Shown here: positions 49,401 through 61,662 of the stretch, piece by piece
Numbering within the stretch: position 1 is the stretch's first letter
Layout: each line of letters starts with the position of its first letter
Assembly (NCBI RefSeq): GCF_044704955.1
Contig: NC_091992.1
Span: 28,148,001 to 28,212,000 of the forward strand
Direction of reading: 5' to 3'
DNA from: Pristiophorus japonicus
Lineage: Eukaryota
DNA length: 64,000 nucleotides
Made by a program: the position numbers and the translations under genes
Notes under the pieces: model-generated
The model's input: only the letters and a program-made list of their open reading frames with translations
The model's database searches: none
Told to the model about the DNA's origin: nothing

Positions 49401-50432
49401 GTGTTAGCCCAAGCTGAAAAATGAAAGGCTACAGGTACATGTATAAACTACACATTATTAATCAAAGTCCCCGAAATCAGGGCGGCAGGCAGTCCATTTG
49501 CAGGCCCTGGAAATGCAATCGGGCATTGGAGCGTAACCTCAGTTAGTCAGATTTCTGTTGGTGTCCGCAATGTCGGAGTGTTAATGTCCTTGTTTTCCAA
49601 CAGTGACTACACTCCAAAAGTACTTCATTGGCTGTAAAGCGCTTTGAGATGGCCAGTGTTCGTGAAAGGCGCTATATAAATGCAAGTTTTTCTTTCTTTT
49701 TTTAGTCAGTCTCACTTTCACTGTCACCAGTGTCACTGCCTCAACTCCCAGTGTTGTTTTTCAAAGGGGTTATTCTAATTATATTCTTCTTGTACGCTGA
49801 TGCATGAACTTCTTTGCGGGGTATTTGCAGCACAGAAACAGGCCATTCGGCCCAACAGATCCATGCTGGTTCTTTGGTGTTAATATGTACGGTCAGGGTT
49901 CAGGGATCAATATCTGTTCCCCGCCCTTGCCTGGGGAATTGTCTTCTCTGGGAAACATTGTTGAGTCTCAGGTTTGCCAACAAAGAACTCTTTCTCAATA
50001 TAACCAGTAAAATCAGCGATCACCGGGGACTCGACGTAAGCTGAGCGCCTTTGTTCTTCAACAGTTGCTGAATTTCTTCCCTCCAGTACAAATTTCAACT
50101 TGTGGTACCAGGAATAAAAATAGTCACGACCCTCAGCGACTCCCCTTCCGTAACCTCCAACACCAACTGCTGCGATTCCAGCACTCCCTCTTCAAACGTC
50201 CCCCAATAATGATAGGAAGGCGGCCAGGATCGAAATTCCCCAAATCCCCAATTGACACCTCACTCGCCTGCAACAAAGGAAAAGATCAAGGCAGTGCCTG
50301 CTCGTTTTATCCAATATCTGATATAACACTTACATATATCTCAAAAGCTAATACTAACATAAGATGAATATGAGGAAACTGATAAAAGAAAGTGACACCA
50401 ACGCATGTTGGGGAGTCACAAACTAAAACATT

Positions 50433-52834
50433 GAGGGAAATTTTAAGCCCCCAAAAGCGGGTGGGGTCAGAGGGGATGTTGAAATGTCAAAAATCTCAAA
50501 CCTGAACTCAACCCGCCTTGAACCCGCCCACTTCCGGTTTTAACAGAGGCGGGACAAGGAGCAGTGACCAATCTGCTCCCAGGAGCCGGGTTAGTCATTC
50601 AAATATTATAATGAGGCTGCATGCCTCAGATTTAATCTCCATTTTAAATTTAACACTGGCCGGCTGGGTTTCCCAGGCCTTGGAAAACCCGGCAGTTAAA
50701 GGAAGGTGAACACTGCTGGATCCAGGAGGTAAGTATCTTTCCATTTACCTGCTAGATCCAGCTTACCTGCTTCCGCCTCCTCCGCCACAATTGGACAACC
50801 ACCCCCTCCTCCCACCCCCGCACCCCACACCCCACCGAGCCACAAAGCTCCCGGAGTCACGATCTCCCACCTTCCACCCCCCGGTTTTTCCAATCCCTAC
50901 CTCCCTTATCTGCGCTCCTGGCTGCAGCCTCTGATCTTCGCCCCAATCCTTCCGAACGTCCCACCCACACTCCTCCCATGTTGAGATCTCTGATCTCTCC
51001 CCGAGGCCTCCAATCTCTCCCCGAAGCCTCCGATCTACCCCCCGAGGTCTCCATCCTCCATCTTCCCCCTGAGGCCTCCGATCCCCCCTCCCCTCGAGGC
51101 CACCGGTCTCTTCTCCTGAGGCCCCTGATGTCCCCCGAAGCCTCCAATTTTATACACTTTCCAGACCTCCAATCCCCTGATCCCCGCGGCCTCCGATCTC
51201 CCCACCCCCCTCCCCCCTCCCCTCCCGGCTGGTGAGATTACCGGCCAATTAAAAGGAAGCGGGTCTGATGATGTAATTTGATGACGCGTCATCAGACGGT
51301 TTCCTTAAAGGAACCATGCCCACATTCATTTTGTTGTGCTGTCAGTGTTCTGTAGCATTGAGGTGCTGCAAACACTGACAGCACTGCACAAAGGTATGCT
51401 TATAGAGGGAGTCAGAGCATGCAGGGAGGTTTTCTTCCCTTCCAATAGGCAGAAGATACCTCCCCAGAATACCAACACAGCCTGATTGCACATTGCACAG
51501 GAGGGCACAAGCAGGGATGTCGTCAGGAAGACCTGGCTGCAGTGTCGCAAACCTTTCAATGATCTCAGTAGATCACGAAACATTACTGCAAAGCCACTCA
51601 ACCTCATCCTACTGTGGCACTCATCACATCCCCATCACGCTGCCTTCCCTACTCCACATCCTTACTCACACCAACTGACCTTGCACTCCACCCATCCCCC
51701 TCTTTCCCTCTACATTATCACATCCCCATCTCACTAGTCATCCCTCACACTCACACCCAACCATGTCCAATCATACCAGCTAACAACACACAAGGGTAGG
51801 CACTAGGTTCTTTCAGTCAATGTTCATGTAGAGTTTCTGTTAATGTGTTGACAATCATTGAAATATTTATTTTGAAACACTTTGTCTTCTTGGACAGATT
51901 TGTGTGCACCTTTGGAAGTGGCTTGTTGAGTTAGAGTAAATGGTGAGACATAAGGGCCGCCCCTCTCCCCGCCCCCCCGCCCCGCAATGGTGATGAGTGT
52001 GAAAGGAATGGCTTGGGCATTGAAGGAATGCTTTATGGTGTTGGTGTGGGGTGGTGCCAACCCGGCACATCATGTGACAGGCAGGGTGTACAGTGCCAAG
52101 TGAAGTAAATGTGGCCATGGTGAGACCATCCCTGGCCTTCCGGGCAGCAATATGGTCGGGTGCTGATGCCCTGTGTTCTGTGCAGCATCAGGTGATTGCG
52201 GAGAAGGTTGGTGTTGTTGGTGCTGCTGGTATGTATTGGGGTTAGTGGTGGGATCGTGGTGGGATTCTGAGGACCAAGGTGAGTTTTTTTCAAGGGCACT
52301 GATGCTGCTGGAATAGATGGCAGCTGAAGTTGAGATGACAGAAGCGATCTGTCAGTGGTGAGAGAGGTTGCTCCAAGGAAGAGAGTTTACTCCAAACACT
52401 TCCAACCTTCCTAAAGCTCAAAGGTGTGTTCCAAATCCTGAAGGCTCCAGCTTCTAACACTGGAAAGTGAATAGATATGAAATGGTAGCTTTTATACCAC
52501 TTTTGTAGCTGTCACCTAGTCAGAGCAATAGAGAGTTGTTGAAAACCCGATCTACTTACCTGACGTGATCTCCGAGCACCATTAAACTTGTCAAAAAGCT
52601 GGAAAATGGTAAGTAGATAGTAAAATGCTGTTTAATTAGCTTTAAACACCCTCCTAACTACTTCAATTGCCTCACCCGCAGCTTAGTGTCGGGTCTGTAA
52701 AATGCAGGCAGACCTGGCACTTGGGACACGGAGGCGGGGTCAGAGCGGAATCCCACCCTGCTGTCAATCTTTTAGATTTTGACAGCGGACCCACATCCGA
52801 ACCTTCCCTCTGAGTGCCGGCAAAATCCAGGCCT
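50433..52834. mobile_element. Non-autonomous Harbinger derivative (inverted relative of 8641-10350) with a C-rich internal repeat
   Basis: Terminus rc GGCCTGGATTTTGCCGGCACTCAGAGGG matches 8641; Myb frame HIAQEGTSRDVVRKTWLQCRKPFNDL (ORF 51486). Confidence 0.75.
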
Positions 52835-52934
52835 TAGTCTCTATAACACATCTGGCTTTCTAACCGGCCAAATCGGGAAGTTGGCCCAGGCAGAAATCAT
52901 CCTTAATACGTCTTGTTCGGCCAGGAAACCAATC

Positions 52935-53556
52935 GTGGCTTTGACATGCTAATTAGCTTTAATCAGCAGCGCCTCATTTAAATAACTCTTCGCTGTCACC
53001 TGGCCAGATTGACTTCCCGGTCGCTGGGGAGGGGAGCAGGAATTTAGCAGCAGGAGGCCGCAGCTGGGGATCCCATGGAGACCGTACCGAGTAGTCAGTA
53101 GAAGGAGGGCTTTGCAGGAGATCGGGGTTTCCAGCGGGATTGGAGGGCGGGGGCTGTGGGCGGGACTAGGAAGGCCCAAGGACTCCTTTAGGGGCCTGGG
53201 AGGTAGCTTCTCCACAAGGAGTCCTAAAAGGAGCAGAGCTTTAATACCTTACCTTGGCCAGTCAAGGCCTCCTGGCTTGGACTGCTGCCGGGCAACCAAC
53301 AGCGTGGGACACCACCCGATGGTCAGTCAATCATACATTGCACAACGTATGATGTCATCAAGCCACAGCGTTTTGAAAGATAAACAAGCCCCCACCTGTC
53401 TTTTGCAGGAACCTCATCGATGGCTTGATTTGGGGCTGTAAAATTTTAAATGGCCAGGAAGGCGGAGGGTTGAAACCAAGAATGGTTTAACTTTAACCCC
53501 TCAATCACACCACTCCTGCTGGGTGGGGAGTGGAGGGGGGTTAAAAATCGGGGCCT
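52935..53556. mobile_element. Truncated MITE-like DNA element
   Basis: rc GGCCCCGATTTTTAAC terminus at ~53555; interrupts the pro/pol region. Confidence 0.5.
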
Positions 53557-53589
53557 TGTTGTGTTTTGGCTGGCCCTCCTCAGGCCTTG

Positions 53590-53923
53590 TTTACCAGAGC
53601 AATCGATTGATAAGATCCACCACCAGACCCTGTGCAATTAAAAGATCCAAAATGCTCACTCCACCCTTGACAGTCATGATGACGCATGACCACTCAACCT
53701 TTAAGGGGCCTATTTACAGGGGTATCGGGATTGAATCTATTCCTGTTGGTGCTGTTCCAGTAAATGGACATGAAACACGGTGATTTCTCGGGTTCTCGCT
53801 GAGCTAGGACCGTTTGCGCTGTGCCTGTGTATACAAAAAAAACCCTCGTGGTGGCCTCCAACCGCAATCTAGCACCCGCAGCCTTCCGTAAGGGCCACGC
53901 TGTAACGGGCTTGCCGAGACCGG
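53590..53923 (-). pseudogene. Decayed aspartic protease downstream of gag
   Basis: GPYGR...FFVYTGTAQTVL (DTG changed to YTG) and SILDLLIAQGLVVDLINRLLW, with frameshifts and stops. Confidence 0.7.
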
Positions 53924-55660
53924 TCACTGCTTATAATTGTGGCCGTGGCCGTGGCCATAGTGGCTGCGGCCAGTGTCCGATACAGCACAGGGAGGAGCTG
54001 AAGGTACAACCTTCTCAAAGGTTCTTTGGACTTGCTGCACGTGCTCCGTCAATCCAGTCAGGTCTGGATACAGGCTTTGAGCCGCACCAGGCTGGCCAGA
54101 CTGAGATCGATTGGCACACTCCCTCGCAAAATGGCCCGTTTTTCCACAACTATAACATTTTCCCATAAAGGGTCCTTTTCCGCGGCCGAATTTAGGTCCG
54201 CCTCTATTTTGCCCTTTTCCCACGGCCGCCATGGATTTCTTAAATGAGTGCCCCACATTTCTCCATGCTATCTCCTGCGATTCGGTGACAGTATTCACTG
54301 AACCCCCTCCCCCGCTGGCCATCCGATTCTCCCACTTTAAAACCATCCTGTGAAGCAGCAACTGCTCCATGTGATCGGCATTCTCAGGATCAAGTCCTCC
54401 CAGGGCTGCCTGGAGGTGCGGATGCAAGCGACTTATCAGAGTTTTCAGCCACCGAATCACCGAATTGTTGGCCCGAGCTTGGTCATTCCTCACTAGCCCT
54501 GGTTCATACACCCTATCATAGTATTGGCACAAGCGGGCCACGTAGACAAGGGGGTTCTCACCTGGCAACTGTCTACATTGAGTCAATATCTCAGGTAGAT
54601 CACCTCTATTAAACCCTGAGGCTTGCAGAATCTCCGTTTGCAAGTTGATGATAGTCCCCAGTTCCCATTTTCGGTCACTTGATAGGGCGCTATAAATGGT
54701 GGGCCCCAAAGTCCATAAAAGCAACTTCACTTTCTCCGGCTCATCCAGATTGTTAAGCTCAGCCACCTGTGCGACATCGCTGAAATGTTTTATAATGTCC
54801 CCCTTCCCATCAAATTTAGGTACCTTTGCTGACATGTCTTGCAGTCGTTGGGAGGTATATGGTACCATGAATTGGGAGGTCAGATGGGTGCTACAGGTGT
54901 TTAGATCTATGGCACATTTTTCCTTTTTCATGGGACATGTTTCCCCACCCTTTCCCTGACCTTTACAACGGGATTCGGCTACCTGCTGGCCCAAATCCTC
55001 CCTATCGACCGGATATTCGACCTCCACACACCCTTGCATGGAGCATATTATCCCCTTCTTCGCTGCTAGTGCCCTTTCCAGTCGCTCGTTTTTCGTGTCA
55101 TACCTGGCATGGGAGACGGCGTCTCCCCCCATCTCTCGAGCAAGCACTGCTTGTGTCTTAACTGAGGCTCGAAGCAAACTATTCTCTCTTTGTAATTCCT
55201 CCATCTGGTGGTTACGTTTAGCATAACTAGCCCTACACTGTTCCAGTTCTTGATCTTTTTCAACAGCCTGTGCTTGATAATGCTCTGCAAGTCCTTTTAT
55301 GAAATGAGTTTGTCTCTCTGCCTGTTTGTTTTCTTTCCTTCGCTCCCTTCTCTCATACTCCAACCCCTTCTCTAACTCTGTTATCTTCTGCATCAACTCC
55401 TCAATCTTCTCTTCCCCTCTTTTCCTGCCCTCGGTTTCCTTCTGAACTTGAAGCGAAATGGCTAATAGCCAGACGGCCTTTGTTTGCCTATCCTTGAGCT
55501 TCTTCCCCTGTTTCAGCTCCCTGAGCTGAGCCTCGCATGCTCCAAAAGGGTCTGTGTCCTCCTTTGAGTTCCCAAATTGTTCCTCCCACTTTGGGAGTTT
55601 GGCCCTAATGTACCCTTGTATAGCGGACTCCATAAACTCCTCCGATCTTATGTCTTGCAC
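53924..55660 (-). CDS. Intact Gag polyprotein ORF (coiled coil, capsid, CCHC zinc knuckle, late domains)
   Basis: 578-codon ORF (first ATG 55633); VPKFDG and MHR-like CRQLPGENPLVYVARL; CYSCGKTGHFAREC knuckle; LYPDL and PSAPP motifs. Confidence 0.9.
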   Translation of the reverse strand: MQDIRSEEFMESAIQGYIRAKLPKWEEQFGNSKEDTDPFGACEAQLRELKQGKKLKDRQTKAVWLLAISLQVQKETEGRKRGEEKIEELMQKITELEKGLEYERRERRKENKQAERQTHFIKGLAEHYQAQAVEKDQELEQCRASYAKRNHQMEELQRENSLLRASVKTQAVLAREMGGDAVSHARYDTKNERLERALAAKKGIICSMQGCVEVEYPVDREDLGQQVAESRCKGQGKGGETCPMKKEKCAIDLNTCSTHLTSQFMVPYTSQRLQDMSAKVPKFDGKGDIIKHFSDVAQVAELNNLDEPEKVKLLLWTLGPTIYSALSSDRKWELGTIINLQTEILQASGFNRGDLPEILTQCRQLPGENPLVYVARLCQYYDRVYEPGLVRNDQARANNSVIRWLKTLISRLHPHLQAALGGLDPENADHMEQLLLHRMVLKWENRMASGGGGSVNTVTESQEIAWRNVGHSFKKSMAAVGKGQNRGGPKFGRGKGPFMGKCYSCGKTGHFARECANRSQSGQPGAAQSLYPDLTGLTEHVQQVQRTFEKVVPSAPPCAVSDTGRSHYGHGHGHNYKQ

Positions 55661-56670
55661 CTACTCGCTGCCTTGAGTCCCCTAATTGTTCCTCCCCTCC
55701 TGGGAGTTTGGCAGTCTCCACTTCTATAAGTTCACGAGTTCTGATTCCCTGAGCCTTATAAGTTCCCTGAACTTATCGACTGTTTCCAAAACAGCTTAAA
55801 GCTCCCCGAGTTTTATTTTACCTCCTACTTTAGTTGCATTAACCAACTTAAGCTCTAACGTCACTCAATCGCGATTGATCTTAACACTTAAAACAGAACA
55901 GTTTTACAGTGAGAGATGTTTACAACCTTAGTCAGAAGTGCAACTCGAAATTCAGAAAGGTCAAAGTCTTTGCTTCGGGAGATTGAGGGGTTAATTTTCC
56001 GTTGACTCCCAATTGGTTCTCATCTGCTCTGCTCCTCGACCGTCTCTTTCTTTCACTTTAAAATGGCTGCTGTTATATCACCCCTTAGCAAAAGCAGGCC
56101 ACTGGTGAGTTTTCTACCCTTCTCTCTCCCTTTCTCAAGGTTCAAAACAAAACAGTCATCCTGTTATGTTTTCTTATCTATCCTTGTCCTTCGAAAGTAC
56201 ACCATATCTTGAACTAAAGCTACAGACAGTGAGCAAAAACTTTCATTCACTCCTGAACCGTCAAGTTTAACAATTCTATGTTCCATCCTTTGTTGCTAGA
56301 AAGTCACGGTTTCTAGCTGTTTGTTTTAGTTTCTTTTACAAATCCAAAATCCTTCACAAAGCAAAGAGGATATATATCTGTTAGATAGCTTCAAAATTAT
56401 GAAGCGTTTTGATAAGGTAACGAGAGAAAAATGGTTTCAACTGGTCCATAAGTCAATAAGTAGAGTCCGTAGATTTAAAATCACCAAAAGAACAAAAGGA
56501 GATATTTGGAGAATTTTGTTATGTTGGGGCCTATGACATGGTATGCCCTATTAGAATCAGTAATGGAAACACAATTCGTAATTGTCTTTAAAAGGGAATT
56601 GCATAAATACTTGATAAATAAAAGAGTAACGGGTATGAACAAAAGGCTAGGAAGGTATATGTAGAAAGTA

Positions 56671-57300
56671 AGGGGCCAAAATTGCCCCTTTTTATAACCC
56701 CGTTAGCGCTAATAGGTTGCAATGGCATTTTCACCTCGTGGAGGGGGGTGCTACCGCCTCCCAGGAAATTGCCCCGAAGATTTATGGGGCGCCTCGGGCC
56801 GGCGAACAACTGCAGCTGATGCCGCGAAGCTGGCGGACATCAGCCGCCGGGGCACCCCTTAAAGGGGAGGCCTTTATCGCCCCGGACCGCCATTTTTATT
56901 TGTCAGCTGAATCTTGCGTCAGTCCGACAATGGTGGCCCTCGCATCGACCGATCTGCCATCGTGCAGTCCGGCACTCCGCGTTGGTTGCCGGGCTGTTGG
57001 CCCGGTCGATCGCCTCCCTGGTGGCCCAGTGGTGGCCACCAAAGAGTCTGCAGAGTGCGCAGCGGCCCGCCCCTTTAATGGAAGGGGTGGGGCATTGTAG
57101 CATGGAGATCTGCTTAGCGCTGGCCCCCTCCATGCATCGCTGAACTCAGTGCCGAGCTGCCGCCCCGGGAGCCTCCCTCAAAGGAAGCGGAGCGCTAGAG
57201 ACAGTGCGTCGCTTCCTTTGAGAGGCGCATGGCCCAATTCCGCGTTGGGGGCAGGACTTCCGGGCCAGGCGCAGGAAGGTTGCCACCCCGAATCGGAGCT
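56671..57300. mobile_element. GC-rich MITE fragment inserted into a CR1-like 3' end
   Basis: Left terminus GGGGCCAAAATTGCCCC like the TIR at 25912; CR1-like sequence on both sides (56385-56660, 57760-57850). Confidence 0.5.
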
Positions 57301-57412
57301 TAAGTGTCTTTATATATGATACTTGGTCTATGTGATTTTCTGATCTGGTTTTTGATTGCCTGAGGGGGTCGGAGAGGTATTTTTGTTGCCTCTCCCCGCA
57401 GATTACATGCAG

Positions 57413-57660
57413 GGGTGGGGGAGGAGCATGGGTGGGGTGGGCGGAGGAGGGGGGAGAAGTATGGGTGGGATGGGGGGAGGAGGGGGGGTGGAGCGTGGGT
57501 AGGGTGGGGAGGAGTATAGATGGGGTGGGGGGGGAGGAGCATGGGAGGGGTGGGCGGAGGAGGGGGGAGGAGTATGGGTGGGGTGGGGGGAGGAGAGGGG
57601 AGGAGCATGGGTAGGGTGGGGAGGAGTATGGGTGGGGTGGGGGGAGGAAGGTGGGGAGGA
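57413..57660 (+). repeat. G-rich minisatellite (GGAGGAG-CATGGGTGGGGTGGG-like units)
   Basis: Direct degenerate repeats with many G3+ runs. Confidence 0.85.
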
Positions 57661-58559
57661 GCTGTCGAGTTATGATGTGCTCTGGCCATCATGTGTGTGG
57701 GCAGGCTTGATGGACCAGCTGGTCTTTTACTGCCTGCAGTTTTGTATGTTTGTATATTTGGAACAAAGTGGATAACTCTTTCAGAGCGCCAGCACTGGAT
57801 GATGGGCCGAATAGCCTCCTCCTGTGCAATAACATTCTACAATTCCATGACTCTACAGTTCCAGGATGTGCTGTTTTATAGGAAGAGCAGCCTCTATATC
57901 ATCTAATATGGAAATAATTATGCTTGTGTTATATTTTTCTTGGTGTTGGGAATAAAGTAAATATTTTCAAGAATAAAGGAATTGGCAAGTATGATTAAAT
58001 TGCATATAAAAAAGGATTTTTACATCATTTTTGGACTTCAGAAACAAGGGGACTCTGCCTTAAAATAAATTAATTATTGTAAAATAAATGTAGTTGTACA
58101 TCAGATGTTATGGTATTTTATGTTATTTCAATAGAGTATTTGACATCTACTTGTTTGAAACTTGTATTCTTCCTGCCATTGGGAAGAGTTATTCGTAAGT
58201 GGCACAGGAAGAGGAAGCAAGTGCTTGGGGGTTATGTTTAGGCTGGTTGATATAGTGATGGGCTCAATATTTGGAAAGACAAGGGGAATTGAGCAGGACT
58301 GTAGTAATGGGAATGAAGATCAGCTGGAAGAAATTGCTTATGGTGAAATCGACATGTATAGTATATGCCCAATCAACTGCAAGAAGTTTGGATAAATTAT
58401 AAATTGTTTTGCGTAAATTCATTATAAATTCTGTGGGAAATAAACTAATCAGCGATAAGTCATAGAATAAGGCAAAAAAAATTACAAAGTGTGACAAAGG
58501 AATGTGACACAAAAGGCATGACAGAAGATTGTAACAAAATCGAGTTCTGAGTAGTTCCG

Positions 58560-58915
58560 GCAAGCGAGCCCCAGGTGGACAGCAGAAACGTTTCAAGGAC
58601 ACCCTCAAAAGCCTCCCTGATAAAGTGCAACATCTCCACTGACACCTGGGAGTCCCTGGCCAAAGACCACCCTAAGTGGAGGATGAGCATCCGGGAGGGC
58701 GCTGAGCACCTCGAGTCTCATCGCCGAGAGCATGCAGAAAACAAGCGCAGGCAGCGGAAGGAGCGTGCAGTAAACCAGTCCCACCCACCCTTTCCTTCAA
58801 CAACTGTCTGTCCCGCCTGCGACAGAGACTGTAATTCCTGTATTAGTGAGAACTCACTTTTGGAGTGGAAGCAAGTCGTTCCGATTTTGAGGAGCTGACT
58901 ATGATGATGCTGATA
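58560..58915 (+). mobile_element. RTE LINE 3' fragment
   Basis: ORF 58575..58898 (KASLIKCNISTDTWESLAKDHPKW...CPACDRDC); atgatgatg tail. Confidence 0.9.
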
Positions 58916-59979
58916 AAGAAACCGTGAGCTACATGCAAGACTTTTAATACATTGCTGGCCCGCCTTCACCCATCTAACTCCCACGTTCCGGAATTCCTTC
59001 CCTAAACCCCTCCACCTCCCACTCCTCTTTTAAGATCTTCTTTAAAACTCACTTCTTTGAGCAAGCTTTTTGTTACCCCTAATTTCTCCTTCTTTGGGTT
59101 GTTTTTCTATGTTAAAGGTGTTATATAATTGTGAGTGATTGTTGTCATGGCATGTAACATTCAATTTATTATCAGAGCTACTCAACTGTGGTAATTGAAG
59201 AAGTCAAATTCTGTTGTTATTATATGGCATTATTAGATTGCTGCCAATTTTCCAGGCATAGAATATAATGAGTCTGTCCTTTCTGTGAAAACTGTAAAGC
59301 AGTGGACTTCATTATTATTATATCTTCCTTCATCTATCTAACTTTTACCTCTTACCTTTTTTTAAAGCACAGGGAGATAGTAGGTAACATGTAACAGTTC
59401 GGAGGTTGGTGTGTAGGGTTTTGCAGGAGAGCTGACACAGGCACGTTGATCCTGCCTGTGAATGATGCTGTGCTGTATCGCTCTATGATTCTGTGTACCT
59501 TGGTATTTGTTAAGGGCCGGGGGGAATCTGGAATTTGACAACTTGTGGAGGGGGGGTTAAGAATGGATTTTGGTTTACTGGATAATCCTGGGGTCTTGCA
59601 GTAGTGAGGAGGGGAGATGTCAGGCTTTAGCTACACAGGTATGAACACTATTGGATGTCCCAGCTTCTCCAAGCATTACAGGGAGGTGTCAGTCAGGGTC
59701 AGTCAGCACTGATAAATGAGGTTCTGTATTCTGGCAGCATCAGGAGAGGTCCCGATGTTTATCAGCTCAGGAGCAGAAGTTTCCAATGCAAGCAGCACTG
59801 GTAGGTAACAAAGTCTGAAAGCATTCGGTAGGAGGGATCCCAGAGTCTGGTAGTCTGGGGGCAGCAGTGCCTCCGAGCACTAAGAGGGCAGTCCATGGGT
59901 CCCAGGGTCTGAGGGGGTGGTCCCTGGATCATGCGAGCATTGGCAGAGACCACTGGGATCATCGGAAACAGGGTGCGGT

Positions 59980-60390
59980 CATAGAATCATAGAATAGTAC
60001 AGCACAGAACAAGACCATTCGGCCCATTGAGTCTGCGCTGGTTCTTTCGAAGAACAATCCAGCTAGTACCATTCCCCCACTCATTCCCCATATCCCTGCA
60101 ATTTTTCTCCTCCAAGTATTTATCCAATTTCCTTTTGAAGGCAATTATTGAATCTGTATCCACCACCCTATCAGGCAAAGCATTTCAAATCCTAACCACT
60201 TGTTGCGTAAAAACATTTCCCTCGTGTCGCCTCTGCTTCATTTGCCAATCACCTTAAATCTGTGCCCTCTGGTTATTGACCCTTGAGCCATTGGAAACAG
60301 TTTCTTGTTATTTACTTTATCTAAAATCTTCATGATTTTAAACATCTCTATCACATCTCCTCTTAGCCTTCTCTGCCCTAAGGAGAAACA
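59980..60390 (-). mobile_element. CR1 LINE 3' fragment
   Basis: QRRLRGDVIEMFKIMK...TRGHRFK; catagaatcatagaa tail. Confidence 0.9.
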
Positions 60391-61429
60391 AAGGGGGTTA
60401 CAGCACAGAAGGGTATCATTCACTCATCACGTCTGTGCCTGGAAGTTTGAGGTGGACACGGGAATCTGATGGCTTTGAAGAGTCTGAGAGCATTGAGGAC
60501 ACAGGCACAGGAGAATCTGATCTGATCGGACCTGTGCCGAGCTTGTTGATTTTTGTGTAAAATCTGTTTATTAGCCAGTGTGGGTTTAGCAGTTTAATGA
60601 TAAAAATGTGTCTCATGCGTCCAGTCCTGTGTTGACGATATACTTTATAGTTTGCACTCTAATGATCAGTGTGTGTTAAACTCTGAAGTTCAGTCTTCAT
60701 TTGTGGTGTAGCGAAGATTTAAGCACAATTTGAACTACTTTGGCAGCACAAATACTCAGATTGCCAGGTTTCTGAAGCTCAAGCTGATCATTTATCCTCT
60801 TAATGGTTCTCAGCGAACAACAAACGTGTTTCATCTCCCTCTCCCTTCCCTCTTTGTCCTGAATTGTTCTAAGGTGCAAATCCCCCTTCCCCCCGGTAGG
60901 AAAACAAAAAGAAAACATACGGCCTGTTCAAACTACAAAATGTGTGACGGATCATTTAAATGATCATTTGGAAACGATTGCCACCATATTGTTAAAGTCA
61001 CGCTGAAAGCTCGATGCTTTAAACCCTGTGATGCAAACCCTTGGTAATGGTTACATACAGGAAGATATCTTGCCATATTTCTGTATGCACCAAGGATTTG
61101 CGCCACAGGTCCGTGTGTTGGCTGGTGTACAACGGCCACCCCACGTTAAAAGAATCTATGCACAGGCATCTTCCACTCTTCAGTATGTAATTCAGGATCT
61201 GGAATGTCACGTCCCCCATGTGAACTCATCCCTTTTTGGTGCAGTAGCGGGTCATCTTCGATAGGAGGGACTCACGGGATCAGTGGCTGGGGTGAGAATG
61301 TCAGCCTGTGACCATCAACAGAGGGCGCTGGATTCGCAAGAATGCAAAAGGTAATTTTCATCAGCCCAGTGCTTAAAAAAAAGACATTTCGTTTCTCATT
61401 ATTAGCTCCGCAAAAAGATCTGAGAAAGC

Positions 61430-61610
61430 AAAGGATTGGACACAAAAGTAGCGCATTTACTCGATACAATGCCGCTCGCTGCACAGAGGAGTGATGTAAG
61501 CGGTAACCAATCAGCGGGGGGCAGACCTCGTGACCTTGTAGGTTTCACCAATCAGAGCGCGGGAATTCCGCTCGGCTACAAAGTTGCGCCAAATTCAAAA
61601 ACAATAAAGA
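61430..61610. promoter_or_regulatory. PIMREG cell-cycle (G2/M-type) promoter, possibly bidirectional
   Basis: CCAAT boxes at 61507 and 61548, reverse ATTGG at 61435; E2F-like GCGCGGGAA (61557) and GCGCCAAA (61586); CHR rc TTCAAA (61594-61599); CpG-rich. Confidence 0.75.
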
Positions 61611-61662
61611 AAAGTTGGGAGGGGAGAGGGAGATTGCGAGATACCGGGAACGGCGCAGAGTT

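Larger units (their letters stand above)
44770..56356 (-). mobile_element. Older LTR/retrovirus-like element (5' LTR ~55800-56356; 3' LTR ~44770-44964 plus 48211-48573) hosting several nested insertions
   Basis: 44860-44964 plus 48211-48573 aligns by eye with 55880-56356; both begin TGAAGG on the minus strand; purine tract GAAGAGGAAC precedes the 3' copy; gag and pro lie between. Left boundary is approximate. Confidence 0.65.

Noticed and set aside
57300-57692. Proline-rich 130-aa ORF
   Set aside because: Translation of the G-rich minisatellite
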